Positions 17,681-28,646 of a DNA stretch of 64,000 nt are shown in pieces; position 1 is the stretch's first letter; every line of letters starts with the position of its first letter. The notes below the pieces were generated by a model. That model was not told the origin of the DNA. It saw only the letters and a program-made list of their open reading frames with translations, and did no database searches. The position numbers and the translations under genes are program-made. Origin of the DNA: an uncultured Chloroflexia bacterium (lineage in GTDB: Bacteria; Chloroflexota; Limnocylindria; Limnocylindrales; CSP1-4). Where the stretch lies: assembly GCA_963752475.1 (NCBI GenBank), contig CAVVYR010000007.1, positions 512,001 to 576,000 of the forward strand, written 5' to 3'.

Positions 17681-18621
17681 GCGGGATCACGCGCGTCGAG
17701 GTCCCGGCCGGAGCGGATGGCAGCCGCGCCGATCGGTTCGTGGCTGATGCCGTCGGCCTCTCGCGCGCCCTTGTCCAACGGCTCATCGCCGACGGCCGCC
17801 TGACCTGCGATGGACAGCGCGTCCGATCGCGAGACCCGGTGCGTCCCGGCCAGGTCCTGCAGCTCGATGTGCCGGAGGTGCAGGCCGATGAGCTGGTGCC
17901 CGAGGACATCCCCCTCGACGTGGTCTATCGGGACGACGACGTCATCGTCGTGGACAAGCCGGCGGGGTTGGTGACACACCCCGCGCCGGGCCACGACCGC
18001 GGCACCCTCGTCAACGCCCTGCTCGCGATGGAGGCAGGTGAGGGCGGCCTGGGCACCGCCGCCGGCGCGGGACGTCCCGGCATCGTGCACCGGCTCGACC
18101 GTGATACCTCCGGTCTCATCGTCGTCGCCCGCAACGACGCGGCCCAGGTCTCGCTGCAGGCACAGCTCAAGGCGCGTCGCGTGCGCAAGACCTACCTCGC
18201 GCTGGCCGGCGGCGTCGTCAATGCCCAGGTCGGCCGCATCGAGAAGCCCATCGGGCGTGATCCGCGCAACCGCATGCGCCAGGCCGTGACCGCGCAGGGC
18301 AAGGCGGCCACCACCGGCTACCGCGTCCGCGAGCGCTTCGCGGAGTGGACGATGCTCGAGCTCGATCTCATCACCGGACGAACGCACCAGATCCGCGTCC
18401 ACCTTGCGTCCATCGGCCATGCCGTGGCCGGTGACACCGTCTACGCCACCGGTGCGGTGCGCAAGGGCCCCGATCGGCTCGAGCGCCTCTTCCTCCACGC
18501 CTGGAAGCTGGAGTTCGTGTCGCCCGGGTCCGGTCGGCTCGTCCGATGTGAGGCACCATTGCCGGACGAGCTCGAGTCCGTGCTGGATGGGCTGCGAGCC
18601 AGCGACGAGCGAAGGAGTTGA
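17677..18621 (+). CDS. rluD: RluA-family pseudouridine synthase with S4 domain (RluD-like)
   Basis: DKPAGLVTHP, RPGIVHRLDRDTSG, TGRTHQIRVH, LFLHA. Confidence 0.9.
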   Translation: MSGITRVEVPAGADGSRADRFVADAVGLSRALVQRLIADGRLTCDGQRVRSRDPVRPGQVLQLDVPEVQADELVPEDIPLDVVYRDDDVIVVDKPAGLVTHPAPGHDRGTLVNALLAMEAGEGGLGTAAGAGRPGIVHRLDRDTSGLIVVARNDAAQVSLQAQLKARRVRKTYLALAGGVVNAQVGRIEKPIGRDPRNRMRQAVTAQGKAATTGYRVRERFAEWTMLELDLITGRTHQIRVHLASIGHAVAGDTVYATGAVRKGPDRLERLFLHAWKLEFVSPGSGRLVRCEAPLPDELESVLDGLRASDERRS

Positions 18622-19241
18622 CGATTCGCGAGACCGAAGGGCAGCCGGGAGCCCAGGTGATCATCATCTCCGGCCCGTCCGGTGTGGGCAAGGACACGAT
18701 CATCGAGGCCATGAAGCGGCGGGAGCCGGAGCATCCGCGCCGCTACGTCATCACCGTCACCACGCGCGAACTGCGCGAGAACGAGACCGACGGTGTGCAC
18801 TATCACTTCTACTCCGTCGACGACTACCAGCGCCTGGTGGCCAGCGAGGGGTTGCTCGAGGCCAGCCTCGTCCACGACCATTGGTACGGCACGCCGCGCG
18901 ATCAGGTCCAGTCGGCCATCGGCAGCGGGCGTGACGCCATCCTCAAGATCGACGTCCAGGGCGCGGACAAGGTGCGTGCCAGGATCCCCGAGGCCCTGCT
19001 CATCTTCGTCGTGCCGCCCTCGATCGAGGAGCTGGAGCGGCGCTTGCGCGAGCGTCGCACCGAGTCCCGCGAGCAGACCGAGCTACGGCTGCGCAATGCT
19101 CGTATCGAGATGGCCCGCACGGGCGAGTTCGATCACGTCGTGGTCAACGAGACCGACAAGGTCGACGCGACGGCCGAGGCCATCGACGGCATCATCGCCG
19201 CCGAGCACCGCAGGTACGCCGACCGCCGCATCCGCGTCTAG
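18618..19241 (+). CDS. gmk: Guanylate kinase
   Basis: SGPSGVGKDT, TTR..RENETDGVHYHF, YGT, IDVQGA. Confidence 0.96.
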   Translation: MTIRETEGQPGAQVIIISGPSGVGKDTIIEAMKRREPEHPRRYVITVTTRELRENETDGVHYHFYSVDDYQRLVASEGLLEASLVHDHWYGTPRDQVQSAIGSGRDAILKIDVQGADKVRARIPEALLIFVVPPSIEELERRLRERRTESREQTELRLRNARIEMARTGEFDHVVVNETDKVDATAEAIDGIIAAEHRRYADRRIRV

Positions 19242-19247
19242 CACCCG

Positions 19248-21690
19248 ATGACGGAGCCGCGCTTCGTCGAGGTCGCGGTGGACGCACCAGGCGTTCCCGG
19301 TGGCCGGACCTTCAGCTATCGCGTGCCCGGCCAGCCTGGCCGACATCGAGCTGGGCGAGGCCGTGATGGTCGAGTTCGGGCGACGACGGGCGGTGGGCCT
19401 GGTCCTGGCCGATGGCGTCGAGCCGCCGGTGGAGGCCAAGCCGCTGCTGGCACGCGTGCGCTCGGAAGGCGCGCTGCTGGGCCCGCTGGGGCGGCGGCTG
19501 GCCCTTCACGTCTCGGAGCACTACCTCGCACCGCCCGGGCTGGTGGTGCGCGCGATGCTGCCGCCTGGGACGCTCGAGCGTATCGCGCTCTTCGCCGTCG
19601 CGGACTCGACCGCTGGACTGGTGCTGGCGCCGGACCCGCTGCTGGCGGCCGTGATCGCCGGAGGTGAGGCCGGTGTACCGGTGGATGACCTTCCGCCGGC
19701 CTCCAGCCGCGCCACCCTGCTGCGCTCGCTACGCGCCCTGGAGGACGAAGGCGCCCTGCGCCTCGAGTGGCGCGTCGTGCGCGGCGACGGTCCGACCGAA
19801 GCAGCGACGCTGGGCCGTCATCACCGATGTCGGACGGGAGGCGGCCACCGCCCTCGGGTCCGGTGACTCGCCGCCGGGTCCGCGCCTGGGGCCACGCCAG
19901 CAGGCCCTGCTCGCGGAGCTGACCGAGCCCGGGAACGACGGAGCCGAGGTGGCCGCGCGCCTGGCCGAGCGACACGGAGCGATCGGCCGTGAGTGGGCTG
20001 ACCAAGCGTGGCCTGCTCGAGCTCGAGGTCCGCACGGAGGCGCGCCGGCCGCTGGCCGGGCGAGCCGAGCCGAGCCGTGGCAGCCGCCCGGTCGGGAGTG
20101 AGCTCGACGCGGAGCAGCAAGCCGCCTTCATGGTCGTCAGCTCGGCCATCGAAGCCGGACGCCACGAGACCCTTCTGCTCGACGGCGACACGGCCAGCGG
20201 CAAGACCGCCGTCTACGCCGAGGCCATCGCGGCCGCCCTGGCGGCTGGTCGTGGCGCGCTCGTGCTGGTGCCGGAGATCGCCCTGGCCACGCCCCTCATC
20301 GACCGACTGCGGCACGACCTCGGCGAGGACGTGGCCATGCTCCACAGCAGCATGAGCGACGGCGAACGTGCTGACGAATGGCGGCGCATCCGCGCTGGGG
20401 GGGCACGCGTGGTGGTGGGTACGCGAGTGGCCGTCCTGTCGCCCCCCGAGCCGCTGGGCCTCATCGTCGTGGACGAGGAGCACGACGCGGCCTACAAGTC
20501 CGATCGCACGCCGCGGATACCAGGCCCGGGACACGGCCGTGGCACTCGGCGGGCTGGCCGAGGTGCCGGTCATCCTCGGCTCGGCCACACCGGACATCGT
20601 CAGCCTGGGCCGCGCCCGCGCGGGAGAGGCGCGTCATCTGCGGCTTCGCGGCCGCCGCTCGGGCGCCCCGGTGACCGTCGAGATCGCCGACATGCGCGAG
20701 GAGCTGGCAGAGGGCAATCGGGGGTTGCTGTCGGTGTCGCTCGCTGCTGCGCTCGAGACGCTCGATACCACCGCCGGCGATCGCGCCATCCTGGTCATCA
20801 ACCGTCGCGGGGCGGCCAGCGTGGTGCTCTGCCGCGACTGCGGCTACGTCCAGATCTGCCCCGAGTGCCAGCGGCCACTCGTCTTCCATGCCCGGGCGGT
20901 AGCCTTGCGCTGCCACCACTGCGGGGCCAGCGCCCCGGTGGCCAGGCGCTGCCCGTCCTGCGACTCGGTGCGCATCCGCTACCTGGGTGGCGGCACCGAG
21001 CGCGTAGAGCAGGAGCTCCGCGTCCGGTTCCCGGCGCTGCGTGTCGCTCGTCTCGATCGTGACGTGGCGGAGCGCAAGGGCGAGGCCGCTCGGGTCATCG
21101 ACGACTTCACCAGCGGCGCCTCTGACGTGCTCGTGGGCACGAGCCTCGTGGCCAAGGGTCTCGACGTCCCCGAGGTCACGCTCGTGGGTGTGGTCAGTGC
21201 CGATATCGCGCTCAACCTGCCTGACGAGCGTGCCGCCGAACGGACATGGCAGCTGCTGACGCAGGCGGTCGGACGGGCCGGGCGAGGGGAGCGGCCCGGG
21301 CGCGCCATCGTCCAGACCTACCAGCCCGACCATCCCGCCATCGAGGCCGTGGCCGCCGGCGACGCCGGCCCCTTCATCGAGGCCGAACTGGAGCGCAGAC
21401 GCCGCTTCGGCTCCCCGCCCTTCGGGCGTCTCATCAAGCTCACCGCGGCCCTGCCCGACCGAGATGCCGCCGAGTCGGTGGCCAAGGACAAGGTGGCCGA
21501 GTTGCGCGCCCGTGCGACCGAGCTGCGTATCCGCGTGGATGTGCTCGGCCCGGTCCCGGCCTACATCGCTCGGCGTGGCGGTCGCTGGCGCTTCCACGTC
21601 GTCCTGCGCGGGTCGGACCCCGCGGCGGTGCTGGGCGGCGATCCGGGCACGCCCTGGTCGGTCGACGTCGACCCTGAGAGCCTGCTCTAG
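19248..21690 (+). CDS. priA: Primosomal protein N' (four +1 frameshifts in this sequence)
   Basis: Pieces in ORFs 19248, 19300, 19664, 19989 and 20368: TFSYRVP, GDTASGKT, LVPEIAL, DEEHD..YK, four CxxC pairs, AKGLD, GRAGR. Confidence 0.92.
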
Positions 21691-21722
21691 AGCCACGCTC
21701 GAGAGCGCCGTATACTCGCGCC

Positions 21723-22238
21723 ATGACCGTGAAGCCCATCCTCACCCTCGGTGACCCCCTGCTACGCCTCAAGGGCGAGCCTGTCGACAGCTTCGCCCCC
21801 TATCTCGGCGAGCTCCTCGACGACCTCACGCACACGATGCGTGACGCACCCGGCGTCGGCCTGGCCGCGCCCCAGATCGGCGAGGCGCTGCAGGTCTGCG
21901 TCATCGAGATCGAGGGCCGCCTGTACGAGCTGGTCAACCCGGTCATCACGCGCTCCAGCGGTGAGGACAACGACATCGAGGGCTGCCTCTCGGTGCCGGG
22001 CTACGTGGCCTACGTGCCGCGCAAGGAGAAGGTCTGGGTCGAGGCCCAGGACCGCACCGGCCGCAAGATCAAGGAGCACGGCGCCGGACTGCTCGCGCGC
22101 GCGATGCAGCACGAGCTCGACCACCTCAAGGGCATCCTCTACATCGACTACCTCGAGTCCCTCGACGACCTCATCCCGGTCAGCAAGCTCGAGGAGGAGT
22201 TGGAGCAGTCCGGCGAGGAGATGCCGGCCCTCGGTTGA
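21723..22238 (+). CDS. def: Peptide deformylase
   Basis: GVGLAAPQ, EGCLS, QHELDH. Confidence 0.97.
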   Translation: MTVKPILTLGDPLLRLKGEPVDSFAPYLGELLDDLTHTMRDAPGVGLAAPQIGEALQVCVIEIEGRLYELVNPVITRSSGEDNDIEGCLSVPGYVAYVPRKEKVWVEAQDRTGRKIKEHGAGLLARAMQHELDHLKGILYIDYLESLDDLIPVSKLEEELEQSGEEMPALG

Positions 22239-23165
22239 GCGCCATCGCGCCCCCGGTCCGGACGCTCTTCTTCGGCAGCGGCACGGTCGCACTGCCGGCC
22301 CTGTCGCGGCTGCACGCAAGCGGCCTCGTCGAGATCGATTCGGTCGTCACCGCGCCACCGCGTCCCGCTGGGCGCAAGGGCGTCCTCACGCCCACGCCCG
22401 TGGCCGACCTGGCGGCCGAGCTGGGACTGCCCATCCGCACGCCGCGCACGTTGCGTGAAGTAGCCGTGCAGGAGGAGCTGGGCGCCGTCGGGGCCGAGCT
22501 CATCGTGCTCGCCGACTATGGCCGCATCATCCCCGGCGCGGTCCTCGACATGCCTCGCCACGGGGCCCTCAACATCCACCCGTCGTTGCTGCCGCGCCAC
22601 CGGGGGGCGGCGCCGGTCGTAGGCACCATCCTCGAGGGTGACGACATCGGCGGGGTGACCGTCATGCGCATGGACGAGGGGCTCGACACCGGACCCATCG
22701 TGGCGCAGCGCAAGGTCACGCTCGACGGGTCGGAGGTGGCTCCGGAGCTGGAAGCGCGTCTGGCCGAGATGGGCGCCGAGCTGCTCGTCGAAGTGTTGCC
22801 CGGTTGGCTCGAGGGATCGGTGACGTCGCACGCCGCAGCCGACCGCCGGTGCCACCCTCACGCGCCTGCTGCGGCGGGAGGACGGCCGGCTCGATCCGAG
22901 CAAGCCGGTCGCCGACCTCGAGCGCCAGGTGCGGGCATATCAGCCATGGCCGGGTTCGTTCCTCCAACATGACGGGGCGCGCCTGAAGGTCTGGGCCGCG
23001 AGCGTGCTGGATCAGAACGTGGCCGTCGAGCCCGGCGCCATCATCCTCACCGAGGGCACGCTGGGTCTGGGCGCGGTCGACGGCGTGCTCCGGCTCGACG
23101 AGGTGCAGCCGGCCGGCAAGCGGCGCATGAGCGGTGCCGAGTACCGTCGCGGCAAGCGCCTGTAG
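22235..23165 (+). CDS. fmt: Methionyl-tRNA formyltransferase (one +1 frameshift near 22829)
   Basis: NIHPSLLPRHRGAAP, MDEGLDTG; continues after the shift as REDGRLD..RAYQPWPG..VQPAGKRRM. Confidence 0.93.
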
Positions 23166-23282
23166 GACCCGACCGGCAGACTCCGCGCTGTCGAGGGCCG
23201 GAACGGTCGGATGGCCCCGGACAGGGCCTCCGTCACCTCGTGCCCGGCTACATCCGCCGTTCCGGGCTACCATCACGCCTCG

Positions 23283-24536
23283 ATGCCCAATCCCGATCCT
23301 GCTCCTGTGCCCGACCCCGCCATTCCGCCGCCCAACGGCGCTGATGGGGCACTCCCCATCCTCGACCTGCCTGCGAGCGGACCGCGGGACGAGCGCCCGG
23401 GCATCAGTGACGCCTCGCCCCAGGAGCTGCTGTCGTGGTTCGCCGATCGCGGCGAGGCTGCCTTCCGTGCTCGCCAGCTGGCCGACCATGTCTGGTCCGG
23501 CCGAGCGCAGTCGTTCGACGACATCCACACGCTCCCGGCGCCGTTGCGCGCCGACCTCGAGCAGACCTACCGCTTCTGCACGCTGACCGACACCGAGCGC
23601 CGCTCGGCCGATGGCGGCCTGACCGACAAGGCACTGCACAAGCTCGACGACGGGCGCGTGGTGGAGTCGGTCCTGATGCGCTATCCCGCCCGCGGCTCAC
23701 GCCGTGAGCGCACCACGCTGTGCATCTCCAGCCAGGCTGGCTGCGCCGTCGGCTGCCCCTTCTGCGCCACCGGCGAGCTCGGCCTGTGGCGAGACCTGCG
23801 CACCTCGGAGATCATCGACCAGGCACGCTTCTGGCGCAACGAGCTGGCGGCGGAAGGCCGGCGCCTCTCGAACATCGTCTTCATGGGCATGGGCGAGCCG
23901 CTGCTGAACCCGGACGCCGTGCTGGCGGCATGTGCCGCGCTCAGCGACGGCAACCGCTTCGGGATGGGCCAGCGCCACATCACGGTCTCGACCAGTGGCG
24001 TCATCCCGGGCATCGAGCGCATGACCTCGCTGCGCCGCCAGTACAAACTGGCCGTGTCGCTGCACGCGGCGCGCCCCGACCTGCGCGACGTGCTCGTCCC
24101 GCTCAACCGCAAGCACCCGCTCGAGGACGTCGTGGCCGCGGCCACCGACTACAGCGATGCCACCGGCCGTCGGGTGACCTACGAGATGGTCATGATCGAC
24201 CGCATCAACGACACGCCCGCTGACGCGCGAGCCACCGCAGAGCTGCTGCGTGGCCGGCTGGCGCATGTCAACCTCATCCCCATGAATCCCGTGGCCCACA
24301 CGCCCTGGCAGCCCTCACCTCCGGATCGCGTCGAAGGTTTCGCCTCGGTGCTCCGAGCGGTGGGCCTGCACGCCACCGTGCGTCGCAATCGCGGTATCGA
24401 CATCGGCGCCGCCTGCGGCCAGCTGGCCGCGGAGATGGCCGGCGAGCCCGCACCGGCCGCGGTCCAGCGACGACGCGACGTCATCGAACGACGAAGTGCG
24501 GCGGCCTTGAACGATGGCGCCGCTAGCGGACCATAG
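23283..24536 (+). CDS. rlmN: 23S rRNA (adenine2503-C2)-methyltransferase
   Basis: CISSQAGCAVGCPFC radical-SAM motif, MGMGEPL, SLHA, AACGQL. Confidence 0.95.
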   Translation: MPNPDPAPVPDPAIPPPNGADGALPILDLPASGPRDERPGISDASPQELLSWFADRGEAAFRARQLADHVWSGRAQSFDDIHTLPAPLRADLEQTYRFCTLTDTERRSADGGLTDKALHKLDDGRVVESVLMRYPARGSRRERTTLCISSQAGCAVGCPFCATGELGLWRDLRTSEIIDQARFWRNELAAEGRRLSNIVFMGMGEPLLNPDAVLAACAALSDGNRFGMGQRHITVSTSGVIPGIERMTSLRRQYKLAVSLHAARPDLRDVLVPLNRKHPLEDVVAAATDYSDATGRRVTYEMVMIDRINDTPADARATAELLRGRLAHVNLIPMNPVAHTPWQPSPPDRVEGFASVLRAVGLHATVRRNRGIDIGAACGQLAAEMAGEPAPAAVQRRRDVIERRSAAALNDGAASGP

Positions 24537-24547
24537 GAGAGGAGCCC

Positions 24548-25258
24548 ATGACAGACGCCCACCAGGTCCTGGTCTCGGCCAGCATCCTCAATGCCGACTT
24601 CAGCCGCCTGGATCGCGTCGTGCACAAGATGGAGCGGGCCGGCGCGGATCGCCTGCATCTCGATGTCATGGACGGGAACTTCGTCGACAACATCACCTTC
24701 GGACCGGACGTCGTGGCTGCCTTCCGCCGCCTGACCGACATGCCCCTCGACGTCCACCTCATGATCTCGCAGCCCGCGCGCTACATGGACCGCTTCATCG
24801 AGGCCGGGCCGCAGACCATCAGCTTCCACGTCGAGACGACGGAGCCCCACGAGCGCAAGACCGAAGCCATCGCCGCCATCCATGAGGCCGGCCAGGGCGC
24901 CGGCCTCGCGGTCAGCCCGGACACGCCGGTCTCGGCCGTCGACCCCTGGCTCAGCGAGCTCGACGTGATCATGATCATGAGCGTCTACCCCGGTTGGGGC
25001 GGACAGGGCTTCATCCCCGAGACCGCGCCGAAGATCGCCGAAGCTCGAGCCAAGCTGGCCCAGGCCGGCCGGGGCGGCCTCGTGCACGTCGACGGTGGCG
25101 TCAACAGCAAGACCGCCGATGTCGTCGGCGCGGAGGGCATCGACGTCTGCATCGTGGGCTCGGCCCTGTTCCAGCGTGGCAGTGACGCCTCGCAGGAGGT
25201 GGAGCTGGTCAAGGAGCGAGCGCTCGAGGCCTACGGCGCCGCTGTCGGCGCCCGCTAG
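24548..25258 (+). CDS. rpe: Ribulose-phosphate 3-epimerase
   Basis: HLDVMDGNFVDNITFG, DVHLMI, MSVYPGWGGQ, VDGG. Confidence 0.96.
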   Translation: MTDAHQVLVSASILNADFSRLDRVVHKMERAGADRLHLDVMDGNFVDNITFGPDVVAAFRRLTDMPLDVHLMISQPARYMDRFIEAGPQTISFHVETTEPHERKTEAIAAIHEAGQGAGLAVSPDTPVSAVDPWLSELDVIMIMSVYPGWGGQGFIPETAPKIAEARAKLAQAGRGGLVHVDGGVNSKTADVVGAEGIDVCIVGSALFQRGSDASQEVELVKERALEAYGAAVGAR

Positions 25259-25262
25259 CGCC

Positions 25263-25706
25263 ATGCGCGTCCTGCTCCAGCGAGTGACCCGCGCCCAGGT
25301 CACGGTCGACGGCGAGGTCGTCGGCTCGATCGGCCCCGGGACCGTGGCGCTCGTCGGCGTGGGTCCTGACGACACCGCCGAGATCGCCACCACGCTGGCG
25401 AACAAGTCATGCGATCTACGCATCTTCCGAGACCAGGACGGTCGCACCAATCGCTCCCTTGTCGACACCGGCGGGGCCATGCTCGTGATCAGCCAGTTCA
25501 CGCTCTATGGCGACACCCGCAAGGGCCGCCGGCCCTCGTTCATCGGCGCCGCTCCACCGGACCTCGCAGCAGAGCTGGTCGAGCTCTTCGCCGAGGCCGT
25601 GGAGTCGCGTGACATCGAGGTGGGCCGTGGCCGATTCGGAGCGGAGATGGCCGTCGAGCTCGTCAACGACGGGCCCATGACCATCTGGCTCGACAGCGCC
25701 GCCTAG
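25263..25706 (+). CDS. dtd: D-aminoacyl-tRNA deacylase
   Basis: MRVLLQRV, SQFTL, KGRRPSF, NDGPMT. Confidence 0.96.
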   Translation: MRVLLQRVTRAQVTVDGEVVGSIGPGTVALVGVGPDDTAEIATTLANKSCDLRIFRDQDGRTNRSLVDTGGAMLVISQFTLYGDTRKGRRPSFIGAAPPDLAAELVELFAEAVESRDIEVGRGRFGAEMAVELVNDGPMTIWLDSAA

Positions 25707-25709
25707 CGC

Positions 25710-26588
25710 ATGGCTGTCAGCCCGCTGCTGACCCGCGTGCGCAACCGCGTCGGGCGGCTCCGACAGCGACGCTGGCGCATGGCGCCGTACGCCTCCGGAG
25801 AACGCCACATCGTCATGGGCGGCGCGCCGCGTAGCGGCACGACCGTCCTGCGCCGACTCTTCGACCGCCATCCCGAGATCTGTTCCGGCGCTGAGACCAA
25901 GCTGTTCGTGCCGGCGGCCTACAACCTCGAGTGGCTGGCCCAGGCGTACGATATCCCGCTCGCGGACATGACCGCCATGCTCGACGGAGCAGCCTCACAG
26001 GCGGCCTTCATCGATGCCTTCGCGGCGCGGGTCCGCGCCGATGCCGGCAAGGTCCGGTGGGCCGAGAAGACGCCGCAGAACATCCGCAACCTCGACTGGA
26101 TCACCGAGCGCTTCCCGCAGGTCTCGATCATCCACATCATCCGCGACGGCCGCGACGTGGTCTGCTCCATGCGTCAGCACCCCGACTGGCGTTGGATCGA
26201 CGGGAAGTGGCAGAAGGTGATGGTGCCGCGGTCGGTGGAGTCATACGCTCGTCGCTGGCTGGCAGACGTGGCTGCCGGCCTGGCCTGGCGCGAAGACCCG
26301 CGCTACGTGGAGGTGCGCTACGAGGACCTGGTGGCGGATCCGCGCACGGTGCTGCGCTCCATCTGCGACGGCATCGGTGCTGGGCACGAGGCGACGTGGT
26401 TGGAGCAGGTGGCACGGACCGAGCCCCCCGATGGACCTGACGATGAGCAGACGAAACGCCCCGACTACGAGGGCGCGGTGAGCGCTGTCTCGGTGGGGCG
26501 TTGGCGTACGGACCTCAGCGCTGACGAGCAGGCCGAGGTGGAGCGGCTGTGTGGGCCGCAGCTGCGTGAGCTGGGCTACGAGCGCTGA
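25710..26588 (+). CDS. PAPS-dependent sulfotransferase (Sulfotransfer_3-like)
   Basis: GGAPRSGTT 5'-PSB loop, EKTP, RDGRDVVCS 3'-PB motif, RYEDLV, VGRWR. Confidence 0.88.
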   Translation: MAVSPLLTRVRNRVGRLRQRRWRMAPYASGERHIVMGGAPRSGTTVLRRLFDRHPEICSGAETKLFVPAAYNLEWLAQAYDIPLADMTAMLDGAASQAAFIDAFAARVRADAGKVRWAEKTPQNIRNLDWITERFPQVSIIHIIRDGRDVVCSMRQHPDWRWIDGKWQKVMVPRSVESYARRWLADVAAGLAWREDPRYVEVRYEDLVADPRTVLRSICDGIGAGHEATWLEQVARTEPPDGPDDEQTKRPDYEGAVSAVSVGRWRTDLSADEQAEVERLCGPQLRELGYER

Positions 26589-26598
26589 GCGGTCTCGC

Positions 26599-26796
26599 CT
26601 AGGAGGCGGCCTTCATCATCGTCCGGCGGCAGCGCGTGCAGATGAGCGTGCGCGTGACCTTGCCATTCTCGTAGACCTTGAGCTGCTGCAGGTTGACGTT
26701 GTAGCGGCGCTTGGCTCGAACGCGGTTCATCCCAGAAGACTGGGGATTGAAGCCGCCCATCGAGGACTTGCCGCACTTCGTGCAGGAGCGAGCCAT
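26599..26796 (-). CDS. rpmB: 50S ribosomal protein L28
   Basis: MARSCTKCGK...KRRYNVNLQ...ICTRC; divergent from the DAK2 gene; TGgTATAGT promoter at 26864-26856. Confidence 0.9.
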   Translation of the reverse strand: MARSCTKCGKSSMGGFNPQSSGMNRVRAKRRYNVNLQQLKVYENGKVTRTLICTRCRRTMMKAAS

Positions 26797-26954
26797 GATC
26801 TTCCTCAGGAGTACATGAAAAGGGGACGGTCGGAACTACGACCGCACGGCCGCGTACTATACCATCGGCCCCGCGAGAACGGAGGAAACCGAGCCATAGC
26901 ACGCTACTTCGAGGCCAGGTCGCGGCGCCCGCGCCCAGCGGCGAACACCACCCG

Positions 26955-28643
26955 ATGACGCGCCTGACAGTCGATGGCCCCACGCTCATCCGGGCCGTTC
27001 GCGCTGCCACGCGGAACCTCGAGCGACACGTCGATGAGGTCGACTCGCTCAACGTGTTCCCCGTACCCGACGGCGATACCGGCTCCAACATGCTGGCCAC
27101 GATGAAGGCCGCGCTGGCCGAGGCAGAGGCGTTGCCGGACGGCCAGCGGGACCTGGACTCCGTGGCCGATGCCCTCAGCCAGGGCGCCCTCACTGGCGCC
27201 CGAGGCAACAGCGGCGTCATCCTCTCCCAGATCATCCGCGGTATGACCCATGGCGCCGACGGCAAGCGTCGCGCCAGTGGCGTCGAGCTGGCGGAAGGCC
27301 TGCGCAAGGGCTCGGAGGTGGCCTACGAGTCGGTGCTCACGCCGGTCGAGGGCACGATCCTCACGGTCATCCGCGACGCCGCCGATGCGGCCGAGACGGC
27401 CGCCGGCCGCCAGCCCCACGTGGAAGCGGTGTTGGCCGAGACCATCGAGGCTGCCGCCAGCTCCGTACGGCGCACACCCACACTCCTGCCCGTGCTCGAG
27501 GATGCCGGTGTCGTGGACTCGGGCGGCCAGGGCCTCTACCGCGTGCTCGAGGGCATGTTGCAGGTCCAGGGCGGCGCCCGACGACCGCGACCTCCACGAC
27601 CGCGCGAAGCTCCGGCCTCGGAGGTCGTCGCCACCGCTACGGGGCACATCGTCCACGCCCCCACCGACGCGGCGGTCGGCGAACACGGGTACGAGACCCA
27701 GTACATCGTCAACTCGCCCGAGGCCGACATCGACATCGCCGCTCTGCGAGAAGCCGTCCAGGCCGTGGGCGACTCGGTCGTGGTCGCGGGTGACGAGAAG
27801 CTTGCGCGTGTCCACGTGCACGGCGAGCGACCCGACATGGCCATCGCGGTGGGCCTGCGGTGGGGTCGGCTCAGCAGCGTGGAGGTCCTCGACCTCGACG
27901 ACCAGGTGGCGCACAACACCGCCCACGACCACGACCACGACAATGACGCGCACGACTCCGCAAGCACGGCAGTGACGCCGGCCGAGACCCCCGCCATCGC
28001 CATCGTCGCGGTCACCGGCGCTTCCGGCATCGGCGACGTCCTGGCCTCCTTCGGTGCGCGTGTCGTCGTCCCCGGTCACGGCAGCCGGCCCTCGGTGGGC
28101 GAGATCGCCGAGGGCATCCTGGCCTGCGGTGCCAAGGAGGTCATCGTCCTGCCCAACGACCGTGACGCCATCCTGGCTGCCAACCAGGCCTCCGCGCTGA
28201 CGCCTCTGGTCGGTGTCGAGGTCGTACCCACGCGCAACGCGGCGGAGGGGATCGCGGCCGCCTTCGCCTTCGACGCCGACGCCTCCCTGGAGGACAACGT
28301 CGAGGCCATGCGCGCCGAAGCGGAGGCGCTGCGCTCATTCCGTGTCATCACGGCTGCCAAGGACTCGGTCGTCGATGGCGCGGACGTCGAGCAGGGTCAG
28401 ATCCTGGCCATCGATGCTGGCCGCCGCCTGCTGGCCGCCGGGGAGGACGTCGAGGACGTGACCGTCAGGGCGCTCTCGACCTATCAGGACTTCGAGTTGG
28501 TCACGCTCTACTGCGGTGACAGCGAGGGCGCCGGCGCCAGCTCCCAGCTCTGCGAGCGCATCGAGCTCAGCGGGTTCGGCGCGGAGGTCGAGATCATCAA
28601 CGGCGGCCAGCCGCACGACCACCTGCTGGTCGCGGTCGAGTAG
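26955..28643 (+). CDS. DAK2-domain protein (fatty acid kinase FakA/YloV-like)
   Basis: LNVFPVPDGDTGSNM, GARGNSGVILSQ, EGTILTV, VVDSGGQG, VHVH, GGQP. Confidence 0.93.
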   Translation: MTRLTVDGPTLIRAVRAATRNLERHVDEVDSLNVFPVPDGDTGSNMLATMKAALAEAEALPDGQRDLDSVADALSQGALTGARGNSGVILSQIIRGMTHGADGKRRASGVELAEGLRKGSEVAYESVLTPVEGTILTVIRDAADAAETAAGRQPHVEAVLAETIEAAASSVRRTPTLLPVLEDAGVVDSGGQGLYRVLEGMLQVQGGARRPRPPRPREAPASEVVATATGHIVHAPTDAAVGEHGYETQYIVNSPEADIDIAALREAVQAVGDSVVVAGDEKLARVHVHGERPDMAIAVGLRWGRLSSVEVLDLDDQVAHNTAHDHDHDNDAHDSASTAVTPAETPAIAIVAVTGASGIGDVLASFGARVVVPGHGSRPSVGEIAEGILACGAKEVIVLPNDRDAILAANQASALTPLVGVEVVPTRNAAEGIAAAFAFDADASLEDNVEAMRAEAEALRSFRVITAAKDSVVDGADVEQGQILAIDAGRRLLAAGEDVEDVTVRALSTYQDFELVTLYCGDSEGAGASSQLCERIELSGFGAEVEIINGGQPHDHLLVAVE

Positions 28644-28646
28644 CGC

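Noticed and set aside
19248-21690. Programmed frameshifting or phase variation in priA
   Set aside because: No slippery heptamer or long homopolymer at the shift sites; the same +1 pattern in fmt and recG points to sequencing error
23283-24536. Cfr-type resistance methyltransferase
   Set aside because: MGMGEPL motif and housekeeping context indicate RlmN
27910-27957. His/Asp-rich tract in the DAK2 protein as a novel metal-binding repeat
   Set aside because: His-containing linkers at this position are usual in the family
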